Shown: in pieces, positions 11,501-20,393 of the stretch
Layout: each line of letters begins with the position of its first letter
How positions within the stretch are numbered: position 1 is the first letter of the stretch
Assembly: GCA_963836185.1 (NCBI GenBank)
Contig: CAWIIQ010000001.1
Location: 960,001 to 1,024,000 of the forward strand
From: Candidatus Krumholzibacteriia bacterium
GTDB lineage: Bacteria; Krumholzibacteriota; Krumholzibacteriia; Krumholzibacteriales; Krumholzibacteriaceae
Reading direction: 5' to 3'
Length of the DNA: 64,000 nt
Made by a program: the position numbers and the translations under genes
Notes under the pieces: generated by a model
Seen by the model: the letters and a program-made list of their open reading frames with translations, nothing else
What the model was told of the DNA's origin: nothing
The model's database searches: none

Positions 11501-13166
11501 CGAGATGGTAAAAGATATATGCAGCCGGCGCGTTCTGCGCCTCCTTGAGGATCTGGGCGATATTCCTGTGCAGCTGCACGCGCCGCTGAGGGTCGATCGA
11601 TTCCTCTATCATCGAGGCGATACTCTTGCCGCTGATGCTGAAGAGAGTGCAGAGGTCCCCGTCGGCAAAACACGAAATGCGCGCCTTTTTGCGGATGACG
11701 CCCAGTGTGACGAGCCTATGAAGGATCCTGTAGAATCGTCCTTCTTCGGTCGAGAAGATCGCCTTGAGGATAGAGAGAGGTACATCGAATCGAAATACCG
11801 CTATGAAAGAAAGGACCGACTTTTCCTCTTCACTGAGGGAATCTACCACGGTGCCGGCCTTTATGTCGCTGTACGAGGTTTCGGAGGCAAGCCTGACCTT
11901 CAACTCCATGACGGCGAAACTGTCTCTTTCGTCCAGCATCTTTTTCGCGGCCGTCCGGCGGGATTTCGGGAGCAGCTTGAGGACCGATCCGCTTTTACGC
12001 GCGTAATCAAGATCAGGTATCTCGATGTCCGATATCCTGAATCCTTTCTCGGTCCCCTCCGAACGGATCGCGTCGGAGAACCAGGCAGGCGCGTCGTCGC
12101 TCAGGCCTATTACGGCGAGCCTGCTTTTTTCCAGGTCATGAGAGAGCCTGTCGACGATGATTCCGCTGAGGACCTGGTCCTGGTGGTGATCGTCATGTAT
12201 CACGAATCCTGTCCCCGCGATCTCATCGCTTTCAGGGAAATCCATGAAGATGCCCTGGTCGCCTGTCACCCCGTCGCCGTCGAATCCCCATTCCCCGGTA
12301 AGTTTTTCCGCTGTTTCCTCGAGCAGGGATGTTTTGCCCTCGCCTGCCCGTCCGGAAACGATGACCATCTGTTTCCCGTCATCTCTCGATCTGAACGCGG
12401 CCTGCCTTATCAGGCTCATCGCCGCGGAATGGTTTTTCAGCGGCGGTCGGCGGCCGGCCATCACTGAAGGAGCGCCTGACTCTCTTCCTGAAAGCTTGCT
12501 GAGCCTTTCGATCAGTGGGAAGAGGGTTTCGCCCGCCCCGGGGCCGATGTCTCTTAGCTGCTCGGCTGTTTCCGAGCATGCCGCGGAGTCCCCTGCGGGA
12601 AGGTACCTGCAGAGGAGGGCAAGCAGCCGCCCGAAAGCGTTGAGATCGTCGAAGAGATTTTCATCCCCTCCCTGACTTGAAGAAGGATCAAGCCTGTCAA
12701 GCACCGCCTCCGGAACGAGGTAAGCAGTCGGGAGGATGCCGGCTGAATTTCCCCGCATCACGATCGATTCGATGGCCAGATTGTGGAAGAACCGCCCCGC
12801 AGATATGCAGTCGAGAAATGTCGCGGTCAGGGAGCGGGTCAGTTCGAGACTCTCTTCCGGTTTCAGTGATGGAAGCATCTTGGTCACCGGAACGAGATCC
12901 TGCCAGGGAAGAAGAAAGAATACCCCGCTGCCGCTCTCCTGGATAGACAGGGGGCGGAGGTTGTCACCGGCCGCATCGGAAAAGAGGTAATCCCTCATCT
13001 GCAGATCGTCTATTGATATGGATGTCTCGGTGGTGATAACCAGTGAAAAGAGAAGGTAGTCCTTGCCGCTGAGGGAATCAGTGACACCGAATCCCTGCCA
13101 GGGAGGATAGGCGCCGAGCGCCTTCTTGATAGCGTAGCGAGAGGTGAATCCCAGCTCGTTTTCCAT
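8535..13166 (-). CDS. Giant sigma-54-dependent enhancer-binding protein: degenerate kinase-like domain, P-loop NTPase, TPRs, GAF, AAA+ and Fis HTH
   Basis: GRAGEGKT P-loop; TPR run; GAF (ICTPLW...GYLYLD); GPNGSGKD, ESELFGHEKGSFTGA, FLNEIG, FREDLYYRIN and WPGNVREL; AAQILGISKPTLY. Confidence 0.93.
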   Translation of the reverse strand: MENELGFTSRYAIKKALGAYPPWQGFGVTDSLSGKDYLLFSLVITTETSISIDDLQMRDYLFSDAAGDNLRPLSIQESGSGVFFLLPWQDLVPVTKMLPSLKPEESLELTRSLTATFLDCISAGRFFHNLAIESIVMRGNSAGILPTAYLVPEAVLDRLDPSSSQGGDENLFDDLNAFGRLLALLCRYLPAGDSAACSETAEQLRDIGPGAGETLFPLIERLSKLSGRESGAPSVMAGRRPPLKNHSAAMSLIRQAAFRSRDDGKQMVIVSGRAGEGKTSLLEETAEKLTGEWGFDGDGVTGDQGIFMDFPESDEIAGTGFVIHDDHHQDQVLSGIIVDRLSHDLEKSRLAVIGLSDDAPAWFSDAIRSEGTEKGFRISDIEIPDLDYARKSGSVLKLLPKSRRTAAKKMLDERDSFAVMELKVRLASETSYSDIKAGTVVDSLSEEEKSVLSFIAVFRFDVPLSILKAIFSTEEGRFYRILHRLVTLGVIRKKARISCFADGDLCTLFSISGKSIASMIEESIDPQRRVQLHRNIAQILKEAQNAPAAYIFYHLVRAGDMQEAAFKGLRVFQLLLTRKRLNAINSFNDGFMSLGLDQHLPVEMRLNLLLELGNYYANIGMIDKAEEFFRNCREETSTSERWQNHRELAVEAIRKECEILERRGEFIVAEELLNKAIQMHGEHVLARERAKLYNDLAWVHYRLGKFDMSWENCLLVHKLLDKKQHPMELAQSYNLMGAINWNRSKYDEALLCHKKCLALREDCNDELGVAASLNNLGLVYRSMGRVKEALESFIKSMRIKQRNNNLPGLAAVHLNIALACLDTEELEKADANCRTAVKLAEDLGNQQLLAEIYGTLGEIRLRKGEHAEARNHYFRALHICQKTRSLREKAVVLRRLGELGLIEGKITETKDLLAEARELNNQIGSRLETALLDLLDGRLQLAEGKREHGRRILEETSFELSILGRKGTAASVASEIGELYLEEGNESLAREYLLRAISLFGESEKLPSSVSHLQKHLEERTALDLEKIHSDSARFRALCRVISLIRTIHDPDRLNETITETAMKMTSMERAALILQSDGQDTYRILASIGDFDSDAILTDKNIIAILNISRQLGYPLDISRTRIPAGKVQEDFLADHPGIICTPLWIHEEVTGYLYLDASREVAGTTDEDHTFLVAFSQQVALGLERMLLSDRLRQKEHLGENVSIMASSGDRVTFQDIIGKSAAIRKIYDLIDGIKDLDTTVLLTGPNGSGKDLIAKTLHYTGPRKDKPFHTLNCPALPDQLIESELFGHEKGSFTGAYKQNVGHFESASDGTIFLNEIGDLPLRLQPKLLRVLEDMRFFRVGGTREIKTSARVICATNKDLMKLVKEGKFREDLYYRINIFPIRVPGLVERRDDIKLLCNHFLTMYCRLYNTPTKRISPEAMACLTEYDWPGNVRELENTINRLMIISKKDTILPEDLPVNIVKHRESVETRSLNTLEDMIESLLDTVEFSDSDPILPRVKQTLINKVVEKTGDKTKAAQILGISKPTLYSHLRSNERKRR

Positions 13167-13208
13167 TATGACCGACCGCTGCAGAACGATTCAGTTAAGG
13201 AATTTGAC

Positions 13209-13227
13209 CAGTAAAGATACTTTACTG
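13209..13227. promoter_or_regulatory. Perfect palindrome, candidate operator upstream of the sigma-54 activator gene
   Basis: CAGTAAAG-ATA-CTTTACTG. Confidence 0.45.
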
Positions 13228-13255
13228 CAATCCTGTGTATATTACAAGGGTTGAA

Positions 13256-13600
13256 TTACGTTATAAAGAGGAGCCGGCCGCAGTTCTCGCAGGTGAGAAG
13301 TTCGCTGCTGTATGCGGATGAGAAGAAGGAAGTGGGCAGTTTTGTGAAGCAGCCGAGGCATTTGTCGCCGGTAACAGGGAGAATCGCTACCTTGTAACGC
13401 ACGGCAAGCCTCTCGTAACGATTTTTGAGCGCGACGGGGATCTTCCCGGCAAGCTTGTCACGCCCCTTCTGGAGTTCCTCGAGCCCGTCGAGCTGAAATC
13501 CCATATCCTTGAGCTTTTCGGAGGTCTTCTTTTCCTCGACTTCCTTGATCATGATATCGAGATCCTGCAGAGCGACCAGGAGCTTGAATTCCTCTCTCAT
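13256..13600 (-). CDS. C4-type zinc-ribbon protein (short HP0958/CT398-like)
   Basis: LVALQDLD N-terminus, YERL, CLGC...CENCGRLL. Confidence 0.85.
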   Translation of the reverse strand: MREEFKLLVALQDLDIMIKEVEEKKTSEKLKDMGFQLDGLEELQKGRDKLAGKIPVALKNRYERLAVRYKVAILPVTGDKCLGCFTKLPTSFFSSAYSSELLTCENCGRLLFIT

Positions 13601-14064
13601 TTCCCTTCACCCCCGAGCACAGCCTGAAGGGACTCGAAATTCTTTACCTCGTAAAGCTTTTCGAGAGTCTCCGGCTGCTGAACGAGAGCCGTCAGTTTGC
13701 TGAGAAGGGTGAGATAGGGCTCTGCGCCTTTTTCAGAGGGAGCCAGGATAAGAAAGAATATCCTTGTGGGTTTCCCGTCCAGCGCTTCAAAATCGACCCC
13801 TGATGGTGAGCGCGCGAAGAGAACAGTAAGTTCCGGTATGGCTATAGATCTGCCGTGCGGGAAGGCGACGCCCAGGCCGAGTCCTGTTGATCCCAGGCTC
13901 TCCCGGTTTTTCAGCATCTCTAGGAGAAAACGTTCGTCCGCGATCTTTCCTGACGCCTTAAGGTATCTGACCATCTCCTGAAGGACAGAGGCCTTCTTTT
14001 TTGATCGCAGACTGAAGATGCAGAGGTCTTCCTTGAAGCGTTCAGCGAGCTTGTTTGATCCCAT
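13597..14064 (-). CDS. ptsN: PTS IIA (Ntr/fructose-type) protein
   Basis: RESLGSTGLGLGVAFPHGR and GVDFEALDGKP. Overlaps the next gene by 4 bp. Confidence 0.85.
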   Translation of the reverse strand: MGSNKLAERFKEDLCIFSLRSKKKASVLQEMVRYLKASGKIADERFLLEMLKNRESLGSTGLGLGVAFPHGRSIAIPELTVLFARSPSGVDFEALDGKPTRIFFLILAPSEKGAEPYLTLLSKLTALVQQPETLEKLYEVKNFESLQAVLGGEGK

Positions 14065-14197
14065 ATCCTCTCTTGCTTTCACAGTCAACTCATTCTCTGT
14101 ATAGCAATTTCAACTTTTTTAAACAACAGGTTTTTGCTATCATAGCGAAAATTATTTATTGGCAGAGAGTTACTTTATCGGATACGGCGGCGTAACA

Positions 14198-15130
14198 ATG
14201 AGTGGAAATGAGAACCCCAATGGTCTGCTGATCAGGATAAAGGGTTCGGATCACTATGTTTATAATTCCGGTGAAGAGGTCGTATGCAGCGTGAGGGGGC
14301 GTTTCCGGATCGACCGGGGAGATGACGAGGTGCTGCCGGTAGTCGGAGATATAGTCGAGTACCGCAGGGAGCCTCAGCTCGATTCAAGCGGCCCCTCCGG
14401 GATGATCACCTCGGTCAGGCCGCGCAGGTCGCTTTTTGTCAGGTCCGAAACACGTGGCAGAAAAGGTTTCCGCATACTCGGGGCGAACCTCGATTTCGTA
14501 TTTCTCGTCCATTCGGTCAGGGATCCCGTACTCAACTTGAGGCTTGTCGACCGCATGCTGACCTCTGCCGAGCGCGACGGCATTGAACCCGTCATCGTCG
14601 TCAACAAGAGCGATCTCATAGAGGATGAGGAGGGGCTTGCCGCTGCGCTGGTCCCTTATCGGGACATGGGATACACTATCATACGGGCGTGCGCTGTCAC
14701 CGGCGAAGGGATAGAAGAGATGTCCGGGATGATGGAGGGGCATTGCACGATGCTCTCAGGCCCTTCGGGGGCAGGCAAGACATCGCTCCTTTCGAAGGTG
14801 GAGCCGGGGATAGAGGCGAGGATATCGAAAGTCAGCTTGAGTACCGGCAAGGGGCGGCATACGACGACGCATTTCGAACTTCACAGGCTCTCGTCGGGCG
14901 GATGGCTGGGGGATTCTCCAGGTATCAGGGAGTTCGGGGTCTGGGGGGTCGAGAAAGAGACCCTCGGCGAGTATTTCCGTGACTTCGAGCCTTATCTGGG
15001 GGGATGCCGCTTCAATACCTGCACTCACAGCCATGAACCGAAATGCGCCGTAAAAGAAGCGGTGGAGAATGGGGCTATCTCGGAGGCGCGTTACGACAGC
15101 TACCTTCGAATACTGGAGAGTCTCGAGTGA
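14198..15130 (+). CDS. rsgA: Ribosome small subunit-dependent GTPase A
   Basis: PVVGD, NKSDL, GPSGAGKT, KGRHTTT, DSPG and CRFNTCTHSHEPKCAV. Confidence 0.96.
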   Translation: MSGNENPNGLLIRIKGSDHYVYNSGEEVVCSVRGRFRIDRGDDEVLPVVGDIVEYRREPQLDSSGPSGMITSVRPRRSLFVRSETRGRKGFRILGANLDFVFLVHSVRDPVLNLRLVDRMLTSAERDGIEPVIVVNKSDLIEDEEGLAAALVPYRDMGYTIIRACAVTGEGIEEMSGMMEGHCTMLSGPSGAGKTSLLSKVEPGIEARISKVSLSTGKGRHTTTHFELHRLSSGGWLGDSPGIREFGVWGVEKETLGEYFRDFEPYLGGCRFNTCTHSHEPKCAVKEAVENGAISEARYDSYLRILESLE

Positions 15131-15289
15131 ATATGAGAAGAGCGGCCCGTTGCGGGCCGCTCCAAGGTAAGGAGAGATTGAAGGTGGTGGGATAATTGAT
15201 CCGCTCTCTGCTTATTGTTACGAATCACCGTCTTTAATGTTCCATTTTTTTCCGGCAGAAAACATTTTTTTTGATGGAGACTACGTGCC

Positions 15290-16420
15290 TTGAAAAAGAG
15301 ATTCGAGAGAAGAGGCAAGGTCGTTCTCGCCGAAGCCCTGGCGCCCCTTATCGGCACGCGTGGAAGCGGTGCGCCGCTGCCTGAACCGGGTAATGTCAGA
15401 AGCCTGCTTATCATAAGGCAGCACAACCAGATGGGCGACATGCTCCTTGCCGTCCCCGCGTTCAGGGGTATCAGGAACAGGTTCCCGAACGCGAGGATCA
15501 CACTTCTCGCCGCGTCCATCAACTCCGGCGTGATGCAGAATAATCCCTTTGTCGACGAAGTGATCACCTGGTCGAAGGAGCAGAGCAGGAGAGATCCCCT
15601 GGCCCTGCTGCGCTTCATCCGCGGATTGAGAAGACAGAGGTTCGACGTGTTGATTGTCCTCAATACGGTCTCCTTCTCAGTTACGAGCATGCTTCTCGGC
15701 GCGGTGAGCGGAGCTGCCTGGCGGGCAGGTTCGTCGAGCCTGCCTTTCGGCACCGACCTTACGTCAAGGTACTACCACCTCGAACTGTCTCTTCCAGACG
15801 ATGATGAGCTGGCGCTCATGCACGAGAGTGAGCACAACCTTTATCCACTCCGCGCGCTCGGGATAGACGAATCTGACCTCTCATCCGAGCTCGTGCCATT
15901 TGAATGGGAGGAGAGGGGAAGCAGGGAATTCACGGCAGCGGCTTTCGGTGACGGGCCTTACGCGGTGATCCATCCCGGAGCGGGAAAGGTGCAGAATATC
16001 TGGCCGCCTGAGAGATTCGCGGAGGTATCAGGCGCCCTCCTGGAAAGGTACGGTATCCATTCGGTCGCGGTGCGCGGGCCTGTAGACGACATCTTCTTCG
16101 CGAGGTTTCTCGATGCCTGCGCGGCTTCTCCCCAGGTCATATCCTGCCCGACGGTAGGTTTTCTCGGTGCGCTCATGAGGGACGCGGCAGTCTCTGTATG
16201 CAACGATACGGGAGTGGCGCATATAGCCGGTGCCGTGGGGGCGAGATGCGCCGAGATCTTCGGGCCCACAGATCCGCTCAGGTGGAAGCCGGTCTCCGAC
16301 AACGTGATCGCCGTAAAGCCGCATGACGGTAAGGTCGATTCGGTGACTACTGCTGAGGTGCTGGAAGTCGTAGACGGATTGCTGGCAGGGATCGGTGTTA
16401 CTGGCGCTGGATCAGGTTGA
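15290..16420 (+). CDS. Glycosyltransferase family 9 (heptosyltransferase-like)
   Basis: MGDMLL, HPGAG...WP, NDTGVAHIAGA and FGPTDP. Confidence 0.9.
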   Translation: MKKRFERRGKVVLAEALAPLIGTRGSGAPLPEPGNVRSLLIIRQHNQMGDMLLAVPAFRGIRNRFPNARITLLAASINSGVMQNNPFVDEVITWSKEQSRRDPLALLRFIRGLRRQRFDVLIVLNTVSFSVTSMLLGAVSGAAWRAGSSSLPFGTDLTSRYYHLELSLPDDDELALMHESEHNLYPLRALGIDESDLSSELVPFEWEERGSREFTAAAFGDGPYAVIHPGAGKVQNIWPPERFAEVSGALLERYGIHSVAVRGPVDDIFFARFLDACAASPQVISCPTVGFLGALMRDAAVSVCNDTGVAHIAGAVGARCAEIFGPTDPLRWKPVSDNVIAVKPHDGKVDSVTTAEVLEVVDGLLAGIGVTGAGSG

Positions 16421-18134
16421 TCTTAAGAGAAAGGGTCTCGCTGGCCGGGATATCCACCTCGCCGGTCCACGTGAGATACCCGTGTTTCTTCAACTCGACC
16501 AGATATTTTCCCGCGGCAAGCTGGATCGGGGCCTTCATCGGCGTCGTACCGTGATACGTTCCATTTACAAAGACGCTCGCTCCGGCGATCGTCGTGAAAT
16601 CAAGGCTGCCCGTTACCCTCTGCAGCTCGATCCTTCTGCGCGAGAGCTCGCCCTTCCTGATCACGATCCTTTCGGAGTACTCGATGAATTCGTGCTGTTT
16701 CAGTGTAATATCGTGAGGACCGACGGTGAGTTCCACCGGGCCGAACCTGTCGGTAGAGGCGCGCCAGCGTCCATCGATGTGGATCTCGGCCTCGGGCTCG
16801 ACGTAGATGTCGATCAGCCCGATCGCTGGAACCGGCTCCTCTTGTGCCACGATTTCTTCAGGCACGACGGGCGGTTCCTCTTCTATGACGGCAGCGAGAG
16901 TATCGGGTTCGGGTGCGATACCTTCCGGGGGGCCGGCGGCATGGACGGGATCAACCGCTTCCGCGGTCAATGTCGATGAATCAGGCTCGACGGCGCCTGT
17001 ATCCGCAGCCGAAGTGAACATGCTCTCCATGGTCCCGTTCGGAAGGCCTGAAGCCGGAAGCAGTCCAGCCGGCTTTTCCGATCTGAATCCCTCGATGACA
17101 TTTTCCGCCTTCGTTCGCAGTCCCTGTACTATATCGGGGCGCTCCCAGGCGGTGTATCCCGCCGATATGATGACAGCGGCAGCGGCAATGCCCGTTATCC
17201 ATTTCCTGGCGCTGCCCCGCCTGCGGCGGCGCTGCGGCGTGGACTCGGCCACCGTGACCGCGGGATCTGATCCTCCGGCAAGCCTGCGCAGCCTGTTTCT
17301 CATGGACCAGACCTTTTCCTGGCCGACGCAGGCCTCGATCGTCCTTGCCATCTCCAGGGCGGTCCCGAACCTCTTCGAAGGTTCCCTGCTCAGGGCTTTC
17401 ATGATGATGCAGTCGGTTTCGTTGCATACATTCTCGTTGACCCGGCCGGGTTGCGGTATATGTCCGCCGATGATCCTCTGGATCACCGCGGCATAAGTGT
17501 TTCCGCTGAAAGGCTGCTGCCCTGTCACCATCTCGTAACAGATCGTTCCCAGGGAGAAGATGTCGCTCCGTCCATCGATGCCGTCGCCGATCGCCTGTTC
17601 CGGCGACATGTAAAGCGGTGTTCCCAGCAGTGTGTCCGCGACCGTATGCTGGATCTGGCTGCCGATCAGCTTGGCCAGCCCGAAATCGGTGATCTTCACC
17701 TGGCCGGTCGCAGTGATCATAATATTTGCCGGCTTGATGTCTCTGTGGATTATCCCGTGCTGGTGGGCGTGATCGAGGCCGATGCATATCTCGCGCGCTA
17801 TCAGCAGGGCGAGCTCTTCGTCGATCGGTCCATGCTTCTCGATGATATCGCTGAGCGCGAAACCGTCGATATATTCCATCACTATGAAGTAGTTGCCGTC
17901 TGACATCCCGGAATCGATGATACGTACAATGTTCTCGTGGTCGAGGCTGGCTGCTGCCTTGGCTTCCACCTCGAACCGTCCCGTGAAATTCGTGTCGGAT
18001 GTCAGATGAGAGTGCAGTCTCTTGATCACTACCTCGCGGTCGAGAGATTTCTGGATGGCTTTGTACAGCACTGCGGTGCCGCCGGTCGCGAGGGTGCTCA
18101 GTATCTGGTAGTTTCTTCCTTCCATATCCGTCAT
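16398..18134 (-). CDS. Ser/Thr protein kinase with a TM helix and C-terminal PEGA domains
   Basis: HRDIKPAN, DFGLAK and YMSPEQ; TM helix; PEGA (GASVFVNG..GTTP..L.AG.Y.V.LKK.GY). Start at 18134 overlaps the upstream stop (ATGA). Confidence 0.92.
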   Translation of the reverse strand: MTDMEGRNYQILSTLATGGTAVLYKAIQKSLDREVVIKRLHSHLTSDTNFTGRFEVEAKAAASLDHENIVRIIDSGMSDGNYFIVMEYIDGFALSDIIEKHGPIDEELALLIAREICIGLDHAHQHGIIHRDIKPANIMITATGQVKITDFGLAKLIGSQIQHTVADTLLGTPLYMSPEQAIGDGIDGRSDIFSLGTICYEMVTGQQPFSGNTYAAVIQRIIGGHIPQPGRVNENVCNETDCIIMKALSREPSKRFGTALEMARTIEACVGQEKVWSMRNRLRRLAGGSDPAVTVAESTPQRRRRRGSARKWITGIAAAAVIISAGYTAWERPDIVQGLRTKAENVIEGFRSEKPAGLLPASGLPNGTMESMFTSAADTGAVEPDSSTLTAEAVDPVHAAGPPEGIAPEPDTLAAVIEEEPPVVPEEIVAQEEPVPAIGLIDIYVEPEAEIHIDGRWRASTDRFGPVELTVGPHDITLKQHEFIEYSERIVIRKGELSRRRIELQRVTGSLDFTTIAGASVFVNGTYHGTTPMKAPIQLAAGKYLVELKKHGYLTWTGEVDIPASETLSLKINLIQRQ

Positions 18135-18859
18135 CTCGCGATCGCCAGTCTGGAGGCGAGCGATTCGGGCAGCCCTTCCGCCCTTATCCTTTCCTGTGCT
18201 TCGACTACGTCGTAAGGGATCCTCCGCATGCTTATCCTTCCGCGCTGAACGTCGATGACGGAGAAACTCGACGCGCTGACACCGTCTCTCGGCTGGCCGA
18301 TGCTGCCTGTATTGATCAGGTAGCGGCGGGCCGGGTCGATCTCGAGCTTCGAGCTCGTCTCGACCCTGCATCCCGAAAGATGGTCGTGGCTTATGATCCC
18401 CGGCACATGAGTGTGTCCTATGAAGATAAACTGCGCATCCGTTTCTCTGAATATCCTGTCCGCCTGTGCCATGGTGTAGATGTATTCCCAGTCGATAGGA
18501 GAGACGGGGGAGGAGTGAGCGAAGAGGCATTCTCCGTGGCGTCTGACCGTATCATAGGCTGTGAGGAGTTCCTTCTGTCTCGCTGACAGCGAGTTCTTCG
18601 TCCATTCGATCGATATCCTGGCGGTGACGTTGAAGTTTTCGCTGTCGGCCAGGCCCGCCGCCACAAAATCGTGATTGCCGCAGATGCGTATGTCGCAGTG
18701 CTCGTCGACGAGGTCGACACAGTCCGAAGGACTCGCTCCGTAGCCTACAACATCACCGAGTGAGACTACGAAATCGGGCCTGATCTCGCCGATCTCTTCC
18801 ACGAGCGTCTCGAGCGCCTGTGCGTTGCCGTGAATATCTGAGAATATGAGGTACTTCAT
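18131..18859 (-). CDS. Calcineurin-like metallophosphoesterase (putative Ser/Thr phosphatase)
   Basis: SDIHGN, LGDVVGYG, GNHD, GHTH and NTGSIGQPRDG. Confidence 0.92.
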   Translation of the reverse strand: MKYLIFSDIHGNAQALETLVEEIGEIRPDFVVSLGDVVGYGASPSDCVDLVDEHCDIRICGNHDFVAAGLADSENFNVTARISIEWTKNSLSARQKELLTAYDTVRRHGECLFAHSSPVSPIDWEYIYTMAQADRIFRETDAQFIFIGHTHVPGIISHDHLSGCRVETSSKLEIDPARRYLINTGSIGQPRDGVSASSFSVIDVQRGRISMRRIPYDVVEAQERIRAEGLPESLASRLAIAR

Positions 18860-18863
18860 TATA

Positions 18864-20201
18864 TCAGTGCTTGAAGACGAATTCTTCCGAGCCGATGGCT
18901 ATCAGGTCCTCTTCCTGCAGGACCTTCTCCTCCATCTTCTCGCCATTAACCCTGACGGACTTCTTCCCGTCCGCTTCCATGACCCAGTCCGGTCCGCACT
19001 TGTGGATGTTCACCTTCACGCGCGGAGCGAAGAGCCCCTTCAACCTTATGTCCGATTCTCTGCCTCTGCCGATCACGAGACTGTTGCCCTCTATCGGGTA
19101 TTCCTCCTGCTCGCTGCGGCGGTAAAGCCTGGGGAAAGTCTCTTCGTCGATAACGGCACTTTCCTGCTTCGGACAGTTTTCGCTGTGGAATCTCGGTATG
19201 ATAACGGTCTGATCGAGAGTGTCAGAGGTGCCTTCCTCGCCGGTCGTGACCTGGAAAGCGATCTCGTACTTGCCTATGGAAATGGCGTCTCCGCCATGCA
19301 GTTCGCCCTGTTCGACCTTTTCGCCGTTGAGAAGCGTTCCGTTCTTGCTGCCCAGGTCGCGTATGACATAACCGGACCTGACGGAATGGATGACCGCGTG
19401 CTTTCTCGAGACGCTGAGGTTGTCTATCACGATGTCGTTTTCGGGCAGTCTTCCGATCGTGATCTGTTTTCCTGTGAAGTTGTATGTCTTCAGCGGCCTG
19501 TTCTTCAGCTTGACTATCAGCTTCGGGGGCTGGCTGAGGAAGAACGACGTGACCGGGCCCTCGTAGTCCCCGGGGATCTGACGTGAATCCTCGGAATGTT
19601 TTACGACGAGTTCGGTAAATATCCTTATCTCGAAGGGAGCCCTGGTGGCCATCGTGTAGACCTTGACCAGAAAATCCTCCCGCCTGCTCGTCTCACCCGA
19701 CATCCCGGTGTTGAGGCCGTGATAGCATGCCGCCGGAATACCTTCCTTGTATCTGAGCATTACGAGGTTGCCTGGCTGCAGTGCGGATACCAGCGCGTTG
19801 CGTTTCTCGGATTCTATCCTGTCGAGGAGCTCGTCGAGGTCAACGAGGGTCGAGCTGACCTTGAGCTCGGGTTTCGTCTGGAGGTAGACGATCAGGGAAT
19901 GGAAGAGCAGAAGGTTGACCGAGTAGACGATCACCTTGGGGAACTGGGTCCTGCGCAGCGAGGAGAAACACTCCCTCACTGAGAGGCCGGCAAAGCCGCC
20001 CGGGTCACTCGAGCAGCACCAGTAGACCTGGCCATCCCTGATGAATGTGAGATACTGGACATGATCGTTAAAGACCTCGATGACGACAGGGTCCACGCCC
20101 TTGTCTGCGAGATGCTTCTTCAGGACCGAATCGAAACGATCGGGATCGTAATCGGTCGGGTCCATAAGTACGCTGGTATATGGTATCTGAAGCCTCGACA
20201 T
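18864..20201 (-). CDS. FHA-domain protein (unknown N-terminal domain plus two FHA domains)
   Basis: IGRLPENDI...VSRKHA...DLGSKNGTLLNG. A second, degenerate FHA reads IGRGRESDI...VRVNG...D.I.IG. Confidence 0.9.
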   Translation of the reverse strand: MSRLQIPYTSVLMDPTDYDPDRFDSVLKKHLADKGVDPVVIEVFNDHVQYLTFIRDGQVYWCCSSDPGGFAGLSVRECFSSLRRTQFPKVIVYSVNLLLFHSLIVYLQTKPELKVSSTLVDLDELLDRIESEKRNALVSALQPGNLVMLRYKEGIPAACYHGLNTGMSGETSRREDFLVKVYTMATRAPFEIRIFTELVVKHSEDSRQIPGDYEGPVTSFFLSQPPKLIVKLKNRPLKTYNFTGKQITIGRLPENDIVIDNLSVSRKHAVIHSVRSGYVIRDLGSKNGTLLNGEKVEQGELHGGDAISIGKYEIAFQVTTGEEGTSDTLDQTVIIPRFHSENCPKQESAVIDEETFPRLYRRSEQEEYPIEGNSLVIGRGRESDIRLKGLFAPRVKVNIHKCGPDWVMEADGKKSVRVNGEKMEEKVLQEEDLIAIGSEEFVFKH

Positions 20202-20243
20202 GACCTTATTATCCTTTCCGAGAAATCCTCCGAAATCTTACAC

Positions 20244-20258
20244 GCAAGAAAAATGCCA
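20244..20258 (-). promoter_or_regulatory. Sigma-54 -24/-12 promoter of the FHA-phosphatase-kinase operon
   Basis: Minus strand TTGGCATTTTTCTTGCG (GG-N10-GC), about 43 bp upstream of ATG 20201. Confidence 0.7.
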
Positions 20259-20312
20259 AAGACAGCAAGGGGTGATGGCGGGTAAATCTATGAAAAATAA
20301 GGATATCAGGGG

Positions 20313-20341
20313 TTGAACGAAGGCCCGGTCAGTGTTATAAT
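20313..20341 (+). promoter_or_regulatory. Sigma-70 promoter of the csp gene
   Basis: TTGAAC-N17-TATAAT with a TG extension. Confidence 0.65.
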
Positions 20342-20393
20342 CGCCATTCGCCCGTATTGATGCGGAAACGGCCCGATAAGGCGGAGGTAAGGT

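Noticed and set aside
8958-12467. Long plus-strand ORFs (416 aa, 466 aa) and similar ORFs at 32165-33142 (same-strand alternate frame), 31752-32816 and 52246-53451
   Set aside because: Shadow frames of well-supported genes in GC-rich DNA, with no recognisable motifs
18135-18530. N-terminal extensions in the ORF track (also 1712-1897, 3078-3344, 52042-52230, 61318-61470)
   Set aside because: They overlap neighbouring genes, and better starts with an RBS or stop-start coupling lie downstream
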